A stretch of DNA of 63,636 bases, filler included, from Lenisia limosa (lineage: Eukaryota > Protista > Breviatea), in NCBI GenBank assembly GCA_001655205.1. It is 12 parts of 12 records of this genome, joined end to end, with 100 filler letters (N's around TTAATTAATTAA, not from the genome) between each part and the next. Parts side by side here need not be neighbours in the genome. Positions count along the whole stretch, not along the records: positions 40,301 to 52,916 come from LPNZ01003269.1; positions 53,017 to 55,017 come from LPNZ01011393.1; positions 55,118 to 59,997 come from LPNZ01004936.1; positions 60,098 to 62,384 come from LPNZ01005302.1; 8 more parts are not named here. One strand, 5' to 3'. Shown in pieces: positions 47,855 to 60,342 of this stretch. Position 1 is the first letter of the stretch. Each line of letters opens with the position of its first letter. A program made the position numbers and the translations under genes. The notes beneath the pieces are model-generated. The model had not been told where the DNA came from and made no database searches. It saw only the letters and a list, made by a program, of their open reading frames with translations.

Positions 47855-50800
47855 TTATCCTTTTGGGGTAGTTGCTATTAACACTGCAGCAACAGGTGCC
47901 ATAGTAGCAAGAGCCGCTGGAGCCGCTGTTACAGGGGCTGCCGCAGTGGCGAACGCTACTTTGTCATAAGCTGTATTGTGATTTTGAATGGTATCATGAT
48001 TGCTATGAAATATGATGAGAGTTTGTTGGTACGGCCCAGTTTCGCGAAAGAAATATTGTACAATATCCATCACACATGGAATAAGAAGAAGTGAAACAAC
48101 CTAAGAAAGAACAAGAGGAGGTACAGGGGGCTGAAAACCCGGCCTGGGCGACTTGACGGATGTGTCAGAAACGGGGGATTCCATTTCATGTTCATTGTTT
48201 TGTTGGTGGAAGACAGGCAATTGGGAGGTGGACAGTACTTCTTGACGGGTGTGGAAGAAGCCGGTGAAGTTGGAGTTAGTTTTGGAGAGGCAGGCAAGAC
48301 TTGGGTTGTTGACAAGGGTGTAGAGCTTTTGCCACCTAAAGGGGTGATCCGAAGTTAATAATATGGAAAGGAAATGACACTATGACCGCTTTGGCGATCC
48401 AAAAGTGGACAATTGTGCACAGGATTGGAGCCACTTTATTTCCCCTAATTTCCAATATCTCAAGTCAGGTTCCAGCATCATCTCAGCAGACTTTCTTGTA
48501 ACCACGGTTCTTCTGTTACTTGGCCTTGCATGGTTGGAGGGCCCACCAATCTCATCTCGGTATCGGTACACTTCTGAAGATGTAAGTACGGGGGGGATAT
48601 TTGTCTTATGAAATGAAATGAAGGGAATAATTTGAGAGGTAAAAATATGTTTGAGCATAATATTAAATCCTATTTTTTCAAGAGCATAAACGTTAAACAG
48701 TCCACGTTACCTTGCATGAAGAGATGGGTGACAGTGAGAGTGGTCGGGTTACAGTATCGATAATGGATGACCACAAGCGACATAACTAGAAAGTCAGCTC
48801 AACCAAACTGAGCATGATATGTCTGATAAAAGTATTAAACCCTGGCAACATGTTGAGAAACCAGTGTCTCGGTTCCGGAGGCGATCATCAGACGTGGGTG
48901 TTCCTGATGTTGGGATGTCCAATCGCGAAAACCGCAGGATCATCTGTATGGTCATTGTGCTACTTGCTTTAGTTTCACCCCTGTTAAAAGCAGGCTTTCA
49001 ACTGGGTTGTGTCAGTAAATTCAGCCAGAACTATTATACAACTTATTGAACAAGGGATTGTTATATCATTCAACTTGCCCCAAATATGAGGTTACAAACT
49101 TTAATGGGATAAAATTAGGGCTCCATGCAATTAATTTGAGGAAGAAATTAATTGACAAAATACAAAATTAAAGTGTCTGAAATGGGGTTCCCGTGACAAT
49201 ATATCTCACTTCAAATTTTCCAATTATTTTTTCAATTAATTGCACGGAGCTCCCTAGATAAAATATAATATGTTTCAACGTATTATATTATTCAAAAAGT
49301 TTGAAGACCGGTTTTTGAAGGAAGCGCCAACCTTAACAATTGCAATGACCAGACTCTTCAATCCGATCAAAAGGCCAGAAATAAAGTTAATGAAAAGGCC
49401 GCAGTAGTCCACAGCACTGTATAAACGGGGTCTGGAGTGTGAATATCACGTGGTGCAATGGAGCAAGGGGGGGCAGGATATGGTACAAAGGCCCAGCACA
49501 GCATGCTAACTGAGTGACATATGCGACTCCGTCAGTCGCAAAGTAGCGCAGAATAATCATGGACATAATTTTGTACCACAGTGCAACAGATACTAAAGAA
49601 ATGAGTCCACTTGAGGAGGGTCTGGAGGTTAGTAGAATACAGAGTCACTATGGAGGATACTATACCGAGAAATTCAGTCTTTATCGAAGTCTCATGCACT
49701 AACCTAGTATGACGACGACACCATCCTTTGCGCGTGACGCAACTGACGAAAACGTAATATGCCCCAGAATGACAATCAGGGCCACAATGACAGAAAGCAG
49801 GAGGATGGTGACAGCGAGGAGGAAGAGTCTTGAGATTTGATGTCCGATGTAGCGAGGAGCGCGATGGGGCGCGTACTGCGCCAGGTCTCCGGGCCACTTT
49901 GCCCCTCTTCGAAGGTCCATGGTCTGGGGGGTTGGGGGGTTGGAAACACAGCATGTTTGTCTGACCAAAGCATACAAAATACCTCAGTGATGAAAATGTC
50001 GCAATCGTATGAGTACCTCAAGTGTAAGGGATTTTTTGACATTTGTTGTCGAACTTTCAAGACGCTTTTGGATTTTTTCAAAAGGTCCCTCCTATGCTTC
50101 CTCAATTTTCGATTTTTTGCGGCCATTCTTTGAGAAAAATAAAAGTTTCAAGAAATAAAAAGTTGGAATTTTCTTACGCTTGAGGTACCCGTTGATGGAG
50201 ATATGAGAGAGAGGACAAACCTTGCGTCTGAAGGACCTGAATATTCTCATCCACGAGTAGATCAGAACCAGAGTGGATAAGCACAAGCCAATCTGGGGTG
50301 GCTGTTATAATCTGGATTTTAGGTCTCCAACACTCCAACACAATCATGTCAAAAACAGATTTGATTGATGCTTTTAATTTATTAATGCTCGAGAAGGAAT
50401 CTTACCAGTACACTGGTCCAAATGGCCCATCTCAACTGACTCAAAGTTTCTGTCACCTGAACTGTTATTTGCCAAATTAAGAACTGCGAAAAGAAATATA
50501 TAGAGTCAACTAAGACAAATAAAAGCATGGCACACGCACCATAGTTGTTGCTAATTTGAGACTTGCTAGAATGGCGACTGAGGCATCCTGGTCACCACCA
50601 ATGATGGAAGGGACGAGGGACAGCAGATGGAGGACAGTCGATATGAAGGGAACGTCGGAGGTCAGGCCAGATTGTGTAGTCGTTTGATATGCATAATCTG
50701 GGTTATTAATAGACTCAGACAGGAGAACTAAGGAGGAATGTCTCACCGATTTCTCCAGAGTTTCGTGCGATAAAGACCTGTGATGCTATGCTGGATTCCA

Positions 50801-52767
50801 CGATGTACGTTCGCGCCTTGAGAACAGCCAAGTTGACCCAAAGGAGCCCACAATACACCGCCATTATCAGAATGAGCTGCACCTAAAATCGTAAGAATTG
50901 ACCAAGTCACATGATGAATACGACTCTGTGGTCCATAGATGACAACTTATTGAAAAGCCAATACGTCGGAATTAGTTCAGAAGCACCACTCACAAAGATG
51001 CTGACTGTCAGAGCCACAAACAAACGTTGAGGATACCGGAAGTATTCCTCGAGATACTAAGGAGGGGGGGGGGGGNNNNNNNNNNNNNNNNNNNNNNNNN
51101 NNNNNNNNNNNNNNNNNNNNNNNNNNNNNNNNNNNNNNNNNNNNNNNNNNNNNNNNNTGGCAGGAAATTTACGTTCTGAAAAGGATTTAAAACACCCTCT
51201 CCCTTCACTGTTGTTCGGCCTTCTCCATGCGGCTTTGCTAGTGTTCTTATCCAAATCTTAATACGGAAAATGACGTCCGAACAAATCTGATGGGGGGTGA
51301 GTAGTCAATAACAGCCTCGGAAAATACAAAGCTATATCTATTGGTCATATATATGAGTCTCAAGAGAGGGCGCCCTCACAGACCTTCCAACAAAGACTTT
51401 TTTGGTGGTAGGGGTGCTAAAATGTCAAAATAAAGCACTATTACAATCTACGGAATATATATTATATTCTAGATTTCATCATGTAATATTAGTTTATGAT
51501 TGATATGAATACATGTAGTAGCTATATACTAGTACAATTAACATTGTGAAAAAAGGAGAGGACCCCCCCCCCCCACATCTGGGTGACTATGATTAGCTCT
51601 TCTGAGTCTAACGACTTGATCTGGACTGAGATTCCAATTGAAGCGATTGTTTACGGCTCTGGCGACATGAGAGGCAAATTAATTCCTTACATTTTCCAAG
51701 TCTCCAATCTGGATAAAGAAATGACTCGAGAAGATGATGTTGAAACAAGACGACGCACAGACTCCATATCATTCGGGTTAATGGGGTTTCGGACGTCCCT
51801 ATATCGCCATATACCGTCCTGAGGGTAAGAAAGGTGACACAGTGTAAGCTATCGATATTCAGAACCAGGGAGGGAGCGTACCCTCTTGAGGGCTGAAAGA
51901 TTGAGGGCAAGCATGATCTGGCTGTCTTCGGATATCATATTCCATTTGCTCTCGAGCTCAAAAGAACGTTCAAGCTCGGTGGACTAGATGGTGAGAAGGA
52001 AAACACTCAAAGCCGATTCCATTCCGAACCTTCCCATACAAACCTTCAAACTGTCATTATTTGCGTTGCTGCTTTTCTACAGAGTTACAATTGAAAACAA
52101 ACACCCTCATTACCTTCCGCATTCTCATCATGTGGTAGAGGATGTAGAGGGACCCAAGGAAAATGATAATGTAATCCATGATTGACGTGTATGTCAAGGT
52201 TTTGAGGAAAACATCGTCTTGAGCTTTTGGCCTAAACAGTCAGGATTTGTCTGGTAATATCAGTTATCAGGGGTTATTTCAGGGCTTCACTCAAGTCTGA
52301 AAAAGATCTGATTATATCAATATTATACGAGATTATATCGAGAAATTCCATCATTTTTTGGATCAGAGTGAAGGCCTAGTTATTTCCCTCTTTGGCCTCA
52401 TGTCAAGTACTATTAAGACAAACTTGGTAAGAGGGAGGTAAACGCTGTTGTAGGCAGAGTAACTGGCGGAGAAAATACCAACACCACCCAAGATCTTGGA
52501 ATAGGACTCAATATTACCAAGGATAATGGGGAGCTGCTGTGCGGCTACTGAGAAAAGGAACCATTCAATCGTCACTAGATGAGTAAGGGATGCTTTCGAT
52601 AAATCTCCAATAAATCTCGATATTATTGAACATTCGAAGCGAGAAGAGGATTTGTTTAGATTTGCATTATATTCCATACCTAGGGCTTCTCCATCCGGTA
52701 TACTGGGGTTCCGCACCACTATGATATCTGTCCGCTGACTTTGGATCTCACTCACCTGCAAGGTCAA
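47855..52767 (-). CDS. STRA6-like: STRA6 / RBP-receptor-family multipass membrane protein (5' partial)
   Basis: Ordered family-like motifs FRYPQRLFVALTVSIFV; IYSWMRIFRSFRRK; APRYIGHQISRL; RLYSAVDYCGLFINFISG; FSRLD...DTGFS; HYRYCNP; WQKLYTLVNNPSL (48297-48335). Confidence 0.8.
49116..49256. mobile_element. hAT-type MITE family B (intron of STRA6-like gene)
   Basis: TIRs tagggctccatgcaattaatt / aattaattgcacggagctcccta; perfect 8-bp TSD gataaaat. Confidence 0.92.
52281..52378. mobile_element. MITE family A (intron of STRA6-like gene)
   Basis: agggcttcactc ... gagtgaaggccta; perfect 8-bp TSD gttatttc. Confidence 0.88.
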
Positions 52768-52916
52768 CCAGGATGCAGATCAAAAGTGTAATATCATCTG
52801 ATCTACTTAGGTATTTCATGTACTAGTATATGCATATGATATAGTATTATCGTATGTATAGTAATACATATCATAGTATCATACATATACATGTAATAGG
52901 ATATAGTAGATAATAT

Positions 52917-53016
52917 NNNNNNNNNNNNNNNNNNNNNNNNNNNNNNNNNNNNNNNNNNNNTTAATTAATTAANNNNNNNNNNNNNNNNNNNNNNNNNNNN
53001 NNNNNNNNNNNNNNNN
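52917..53016. other. Artificial scaffold linker
   Basis: N-TTAATTAATTAA-N, 100 nt. Confidence 0.97.
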
Positions 53017-53676
53017 TTCAATAACAAAATACCTTTGCTTCTCCATCTAAATCCTATGTTACCTCAAACTCATCGCAGGTGCGTTGGCAGCGCTGCCAGC
53101 TGTCAGGTTGTTTGCTCAAGTCAATCAAAGAAGAAGAGAAGATGGAGATGGAAAAGTAAAGTTGGATGGGAGTTGGCGAGGAGTTGGATGAGGAAAGATT
53201 GCAGGATGGCGACAGGAAGATGAAAAGATGAAAGGGGAAAAGGGGGGAATGCACAGGGGGAATTATAAAAGGTTGTCGGTGTCGTGCCGTCGGTCCCCCT
53301 CCCCCCCACACACACACANNNNNNNNNNNNNNNNNNNNNNNNNNNNNNNNNNNNNNNNNNNNNNNNNNNNNNNNNNNNNNNNNNNNNNNNNNNNNNNNNN
53401 NNNNNNNNTGCTCTCCTCCTTCACCCCATAAGCTGCCTTTACATGATGGGTCATTGTGCTATTTTCCAAAATAAGTCATTTCACAATTAGACAAGTGTGA
53501 GTCAAATGTGAGATGGTGGTCAAAGAAGTTATCCTGGCAAAAATGAAACATTAAATTTCAACAAAAAAGCAACTAAATAAGTACGAGTCTTTGGAACTGC
53601 ATGCGTGTGAACGGTTCTGATCTGTCATGGATAAACTGGTTTAGTGATTTAGTCGTTTCAAAATCAGGATGCCTAC

Positions 53677-55017
53677 CTATTGTGGGCAAAGTGGCATGTA
53701 CTCCAGCATAGGAGACTGTGGATCATGCCCACGGGATACCCAGCTGTACCCTCTCTGAAGCTCAAATCTAAAGGGTAACAAAAAGTCACTTTGGTTCGAA
53801 AAAGACAAGTGTTTCAAGTAAATATACAGAGAATTTGATAAACACTAGGTGGAAATAAATGAATCTTTTTTCATCTAAAGCCGCCAGTACAGTCACCTGC
53901 TTAAAATGTGCCGAAAATCTAACAGTTGACATATCTCGGTAATACCACATATTACCCGTATCTCTTGAGTAACTCATCAGATGCTGCAGGGCCTCTTGTG
54001 CCAAATTCATATCTGGAGACATTAGACAATCTGAGGGGTGTAAATCAGCTGATGGATATTTTCGGTCAAAAATTAACAGACTGTTTCCAGAGAGGAATGG
54101 CTCAACCCTTATCACATTACCTTAGCCTCTTGTATACTCATTCACCCAGCAATCACAAGCCCTACCCACTCGTCGGGCTTGACTTCTCCCCTATCAATTC
54201 GGCCGAGAACGTCGTCAAAAATCTTCCATGACTCAATCAGCTCGTCTGACCGAACAAAGTTACCCTGATCCCTGGGTGGTCAAATCTTACACAAATATGT
54301 GAAATTTTGCTTATCCTGGAAAATACCAAAATTTTGGTACTTCTAAATTAAATATGTTACACTAGATGTGTATAAAAAATACAGCCACCACCCCCACCCT
54401 TTAATTGCATCCAAAATCAAACTTTCATAAGCATCCGGGAGATCAACATTGAATCTAAAAGTGTCAAACAAGTCAGCAAAGGGAGAACGCACCTCTCTCT
54501 GTAGCTGAGGTCCAATTCCGACACAATAGTTTCGGCGCTGAGACCCGGCTTCTTGGTGTGCATTTTCATGTAAATGCATTCGTTGGGTTGAATGCGAATC
54601 ACCAGTTCGTTTCTACAGAGTCAGATTGTTTTTCTTTCAATGCAACTCTGTGTATTTGTTTACTGCAAGCATGGAAGAGGAAAATGAGAAAAAAAAACTA
54701 TTAGAATTTTTACCATACCTCTCATAGTTGCCAAAAATGTCGTGCTCAAGCGGCTTGAATTGAATTCTGATATCTGCTTTCTTCTCATTGAGGGCCTTTC
54801 CGCACTTCACAATGAAAGGAACTCCATCCCTGATGTATGAAAATTGTAAACTCCAAAAAGACAATCCTCGAAAACTAGCCAGACTTTCAAACTAAATATC
54901 ACTATATACCAAGCAAACCATCTCTCGTTGTTGACGTGGAAGACTGCAGTAGCAAATGTTGGGCAGCTGCTGTCTGCCGGCACACCATCATCATCGGTGT
55001 AGCTGGCTGTAACAGTT
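53677..55017 (-). CDS. G6PD: Glucose-6-phosphate 1-dehydrogenase, C-terminal half
   Basis: [28 protein letters not shown]|[25 protein letters not shown]; [18 protein letters not shown]; [14 protein letters not shown]|[16 protein letters not shown]; YEFGTRGP. Confidence 0.95.
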
Positions 55018-55117
55018 NNNNNNNNNNNNNNNNNNNNNNNNNNNNNNNNNNNNNNNNNNNNTTAATTAATTAANNNNNNNNNNNNNNNNNNNNNNNNNNN
55101 NNNNNNNNNNNNNNNNN
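55018..55117. other. Artificial scaffold linker
   Basis: N-TTAATTAATTAA-N, 100 nt. Confidence 0.97.
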
Positions 55118-55119
55118 TA

Positions 55120-56353
55120 TCCAAGAACGATAATTTTTTTCTTGGGAAATTCACCCCTCCGCACCGAGGGGAAGCGAGTCAGCCATGTGTTGCAGGTTCT
55201 TGACGTTTCCAGTAATACCACCTTGATCAGTAAGACAAGAAACAATAAATGCTAAGCAGAAATTGGTGAATGCATTACAATCACTAAAGATTTTGAGAAC
55301 AAAAAACACAAGACAAGGGCTTCACTTCGGGTCAAAAAATACCGGCAAAAAAATCGAAATTTTCGAAGATTTATCGAGAAATTCCGTCTTTTTTCGAACC
55401 GAAGTAAAGCTCTACATTTCGCCCCACCAGCAGTGTTGACAACGAAGTTGAAATGGAGAGGGAGGCGGAGAATGCCTTTTTGGACCAAGTGGAGAGCGTT
55501 GGAAATGTGTCCGTGGTCGAAGCACTCAATTTCGGGCACAACTCCTGGGAATGTTATGGGGAAAGTGGAGATATCCAACATCAAAAGAACAGATGCTATC
55601 ATATATATATAATGTCCCAAGCCACGCCGCATACCAGTGGCAGCAAAGCAGGAACCAAGCTCCATGACGAACTGGGGTGAGTTGGTGTAGACAATCTTGG
55701 CCAGGTTGTTAGACCCAGTACAGAAAGACGCCATTTCGGGCAGGAGGCGAACAACGTCAATGCGCTCGGAGGAGGCAGTTCCGGCACGAGCTCCTGTTGG
55801 CAAGGGTGATTGGAGGATTGGATTTGGAGGAAACAGGAGTAGCTACATCCAAAAAAAGAGACTATATGCTTTGTTGAAGCCTCCCCCCCCCCCCACCAGT
55901 TGAAAGCTGGACAACAACATCGGGGGTCTTAGCCTTGATCAGAGTGACTGTNNNNNNNNNNNNNNNNNNNNNNNNNNNNNNNNNNNNNNNNNNNNNNNNN
56001 NNNNNNNNNNNNNNNNNNNNNNNNNNNNNNNNNNNNNNNNNNNNNNNNNNNNNNNNNNNNNNNNNNNNNNNNNNNNNNNNNNNNNNNNNNNNNNNNNNNN
56101 NNNNNNTGTAGAAGACAAATTCCCATACCTGAGTGGGGCGGCCGTTTTCATCACGAGCATGAATGTGGAACAAACTGCCGCCGGCGCGAGAACAGGCCTC
56201 GATGTCGTTAGCAATTTCAAGAGAGGTCACGGGGGTGTGGGGGTTCATGGCTTTGGTAGGAACGTTGCCGGTGAGGGCTACCGTGATGATGAGAGGCTCT
56301 TTTTTCATCTGTGGTGAACATGAGGCGTGATCAATTGACAACTGGTTATTCAT
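55120..56353 (-). CDS. kce: Beta-keto acid cleavage enzyme (Kce/BKACE, DUF849), spliced, 3' partial
   Basis: PLIITVALTGNVPTKAMNPHTPVT..EIA..AGGSLFHIHARDENGRPT; VQLSTG|ARAG; PEMASFCTGSNN; PEIECFDHGH; PLHFNFVVNTA|GGITG. Confidence 0.9.
55315..55414. mobile_element. MITE family A (intron of kce)
   Basis: aagggcttcacttcgggtc ... gaaccgaagtaaagctcta. Confidence 0.88.
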
Positions 56354-57412
56354 CCTGCAAATTAATTACCCCGTCTCTGAGATATTTAGAGATATAATCA
56401 TAGTCCGAGAGTGACATTTCAAGTTTATGTGAATAAATAGTGAAAAAGAAGCCACATGAAGAAATGACTTAAACAATCACATGACCCTAACTCACAACAA
56501 TCAGAAATGCACCTCCAAAAAGAAGCCACTTAACAAAATTCAACTCTCAAAGTTATGCCCTGACCAGACTCACCCCACCTCCACAACAGCAGAAATCTTT
56601 TTCAACCTCGTATCATTTCCCCAAGGAATGAATACCTACATCAGAGCTCTCGGTTCACTAACCTGAGGAAGACTGGCAGGCATGCAGGCAACCTGGGGCT
56701 CTTGGACCGCTCCAGCGGCTTTAGTGGACATATTCATGTGGCGGGCCTGTAGAACTGACTTGGTAGACGGCTGGCAAGAGTCGTTGGGAGCGAGAGGCAA
56801 AAGCTTCTCGGCTTCAGGGGAGACTGAAGGAGGCTGATGGAACGTGAGCTCCTTCTCGTCAGCAAAAACGTGATGCTGAAAGGGGTAAATAGCGCGACGT
56901 TGCCGAAATCGAGAAGAAACGAAGATGAAGTATCCTACCGAAACAATGACGTTCCTGTCAGCATAGTGGAAAAAGAATACTGAAAACACAATTACAGCAG
57001 AACAGATGTACCAAGGGAGAGGAATCCTGAATTAGAAAAAAAAAGTGAACCAGAGGAGGAACTCCACCAGGACATCGATCATTTTGATTAAGTCAGAGAG
57101 AAAACAGTCAAAAAACAAAAGCAAAAACACAAAAGCACCAAACACAAAAGATTACAAAGCACGAAAAAAAAAAAAAAAANNNNNNNNNNNNNNNNNNNNN
57201 NNNNNNNNNNNNNNNNNNNNNNNNNNNNNNNNNNNNNNNNNNNNNNNNNNNNNNNNNNNNNNNNNNNNNNNNNNNNNNNNNNNTCGCAAAAAATGAAAAA
57301 TGCAAATTCAAAATTTAAAATTTGAAAAAGAGACAATCAGCACGCACTTTTCCTCTTAAATATACCTAATATAAATAAATCTTGCTTTTCACCTTCTTTT
57401 TTGAAAGCCACC

Positions 57413-58937
57413 ATGTCCACTTACGGTTTGGGGATGCCTATTTATTTGACCGATATTCTGTTATACAACATTTCGAACGATAAATCCTCATTTACGGTTG
57501 ATATAGAGAAAGTCCCCACTGAGGAGGTCCAGGAGCCCGTTGTCGACTCTAAGGAGCCTGTTATTGACACTAAAGAACCTGTTTTCCCAACCCAAGTGCC
57601 CCAGATCAATGCTTACCCCGGTGTTGCTCCGGTGAGACTCATAGTATTCTTCCGAACGTATCCCTTGTCAACCCAATCCTGTAATTGTTTCTATTTAGAC
57701 CCAGCCTCCCCCAATGTACCAGCCCCTGAAGTCTTTCAATCATGGCGTCTTTGATTTTGACTGCACTGCAAAGCAATGTCTTCTTGGTAGGGCTTGAGGG
57801 AGTTTAAGGACGGTTATTTGACCTGAAATACATGACCATATACCAAGAATTGCTTTGAGGTTGTGTTAGAAAATTTGGTGTTTGGTCCTTTGGTCCTTGT
57901 GTGACTTGTGGCGTGCCTTTGGACGGGTGATGTTACTGGGTCGAATTTTTTGAGCAACCTTGTGTTTTTTTTGGGGGGTCTTGTATCGCCATTTCAATAT
58001 CTCTTATGCGTGATGATGGTGTGGAAGGATCTGGTGAGATACTACCATGTTTTGTTTCTCTGTATGTTTCATCCTGTGCTATAATAAACAGTCGAGAAAC
58101 GCTGAAGTAATAATGTGTAATATCCTCCACCCCACCCCTTCAAGCGCGTTTACTCCTCTAGGAACCGTATTCCCCTGCTGCGCTCTGGCTTCTTCTGTCA
58201 ACCAACTTGACGAGAAGATTAACCCCTATCTCTGCGCGCTCTCTGGCGTGGTAAGGGGGGGGGGGTAAATTAAAATAATTACAGACCTAAATAATAGTTA
58301 TTTGATAGGATTTCGGACTATATGATGTTCTTGTAGCTTTATATTCCACACCTGACATTGGTAGTGTGCCTCCCAGCTCCACCTCTTCCCCTGCTGGATG
58401 CTTGCTGTTCGCTCACGTGTCCGCAACCATCTTGCTCTTCAGGTTTGTGAACTCGCGAAGATTGCATCTCATCTTTTAAAATTGATTATGGGAATGTCTC
58501 TTCTTCAGGTAACTTCGACAACAAGTGTATGGGGTTTGATATTGACTATCCAGGGCAACTTCGCGGAGGATTGTCTTCTCTCCGTCTTCTGCCAGCCCTG
58601 CTCCGCCGTCCAAATCATGCAAGAGGTCGACGACTTGACTGAGGTCAGGAGCATGGAACGAATAACCTGTACCTCCAAAGCAAAACAATTCTTCCCAGGA
58701 TATAATATGATATTATCGTATTTCCTATGTGTTGTCTGATACTATAGATATCATATTTTACCAGTACTATGTGTGTATTAAGAGATCATATGATGTTCAG
58801 TATAGCAAATCTACATATCGAGATGCCAATTAATAACCCAACCTTTACTTTCTCAGGCCATGCATCATATGGCAGTTGGTGGTGGTGTCAACATGCAAGC
58901 ACCTACTGTCCAGGCCCCTCCTGCCTACTCCGTTTAA
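57413..58937 (+). CDS. PLAC8/cornifelin-family Cys-rich protein (complete)
   Basis: FNHGVFDFDCTAKQCLL|GTVFPCCALA...RSRVRNHLALQ|GNFAEDCLLSVFCQPCSAVQIMQEV...APPAYSV*. Confidence 0.88.
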
Positions 58938-59529
58938 ACACGGCCTCTTACCCCTTATTTTGACTGTTTATTCCTGTTTACCTTTTTTTGATACATTTAT
59001 TCGCACTAAAGCAATGTTGGCGTTTACTTTGTACCTTCCATTCCATTAGATGATTTAATTTAGTATATGTAAGTCGCCCGAAAGTGCCGCGATGCTCGCG
59101 TTGAACATAATCTCTCTCTTTGATTCTTTCGAAGCAAGACTTCAGGAATCACCCCACACCATCGCCATGTTTATACATCAATAAATAATACATACCCTAA
59201 CAAAACCCTGATTTCCTAAAGACATGAGTTTTGGCCAGAATCTTAATAATAATAAAAAAAAAAAGGCTGGGGAGAATGAGGTGATCTGAATAAAAGGACT
59301 GAAAAATACCTGGTNNNNNNNNNNNNNNNNNNNNNNNNNNNNNNNNNNNNNNNNNNNNNNNNNNNNNNNNNNNNNNNNNNNNNNNNNNNNNNNNNNNNNN
59401 NNNNNNNNNNNNNNNNNNNNNNNNNNNNNNNNNNNNNNNNNNNNNNNNNNNNNNNNNNNNNNNNNNNNNNNNNNNNNNNNNNNNNNNNNNNNNNNNNNNN
59501 NNNNNNNNNNNNGGGCTTCGAATAAACAC

Positions 59530-59950
59530 ACCAATGAAATTATGATGCCAACAAGTCCAACAATTGTCTGCAGACCAACAAACCTTGATAAACCGTGCTA
59601 ATTGATTTTGCTTTCCTTCCGCCTGGCCCTCTATGATGACAAAATCCCTGCTCGCACCCGCTTGGAGGCGCACCATCTGAGCCTAACAGGTGACTATTAT
59701 AATATAGGAATGAAATATTGAAATATTACATATATCATACTGTGTATACTTAATGCTACAATTCAAAAACACCAGAAATTGTTCTTCAAAAAAATAAATA
59801 ACAAAAAAATCCAAGGGACACTTTTAGCATTCAAATGTATTTTTGTTTTTACTTTTCCTCTAACTTTCAAGTCTGAAACCTGACTCCTGAGGCTGCTAAT
59901 GAGAAGCGGCAAGTTCTCAGATTCCTCGGAGAGTGAAAGGGATAGCATTA
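59530..59950 (-). CDS. Hypothetical spliced gene fragment
   Basis: LSLSEESENLPLLISSLRSQ| and AQMVRLQAGASRDFVIIEGQAEGKQNQLARFIK| exon-like segments. Confidence 0.4.
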
Positions 59951-59997
59951 TGAATGTGATGATCGTGAAATATTAAGTACTATTTCGCCCAAGAGAG

Positions 59998-60097
59998 NNN
60001 NNNNNNNNNNNNNNNNNNNNNNNNNNNNNNNNNNNNNNNNNTTAATTAATTAANNNNNNNNNNNNNNNNNNNNNNNNNNNNNNNNNNNNNNNNNNNN
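59998..60097. other. Artificial scaffold linker
   Basis: N-TTAATTAATTAA-N, 100 nt. Confidence 0.97.
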
Positions 60098-60340
60098 ATC
60101 ATTAACATCGTCACCATCACCATCATTAACATCATCACCATCACCATCATTAACATCTCCATCATCATCACCACCATCACCATCACACCATCACCATTAA
60201 CACCATTACCATCAACACCATCACCATCACAATCATCATTAACACCATCACCATAATCACCGTCATCATCATCAACATCATCACCATCACAATCATCACC
60301 ATAAGCATCATCATCACAATCGTCATCATCACTATCACCA
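60098..60340. repeat. Imperfect (CAT/CAC)n trinucleotide microsatellite
   Basis: atcattaacatcgtcaccatcaccatcatt... for ~240 bp, upstream of the first visible VPS8 exon. Confidence 0.9.
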
Positions 60341-60342
60341 TC

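Noticed and set aside
56590-56960. Upstream minus-strand exons as an N-terminal fusion to Kce
   Set aside because: The GT-AG joins I tried ran into stop codons before the Kce start; RNA evidence is needed.
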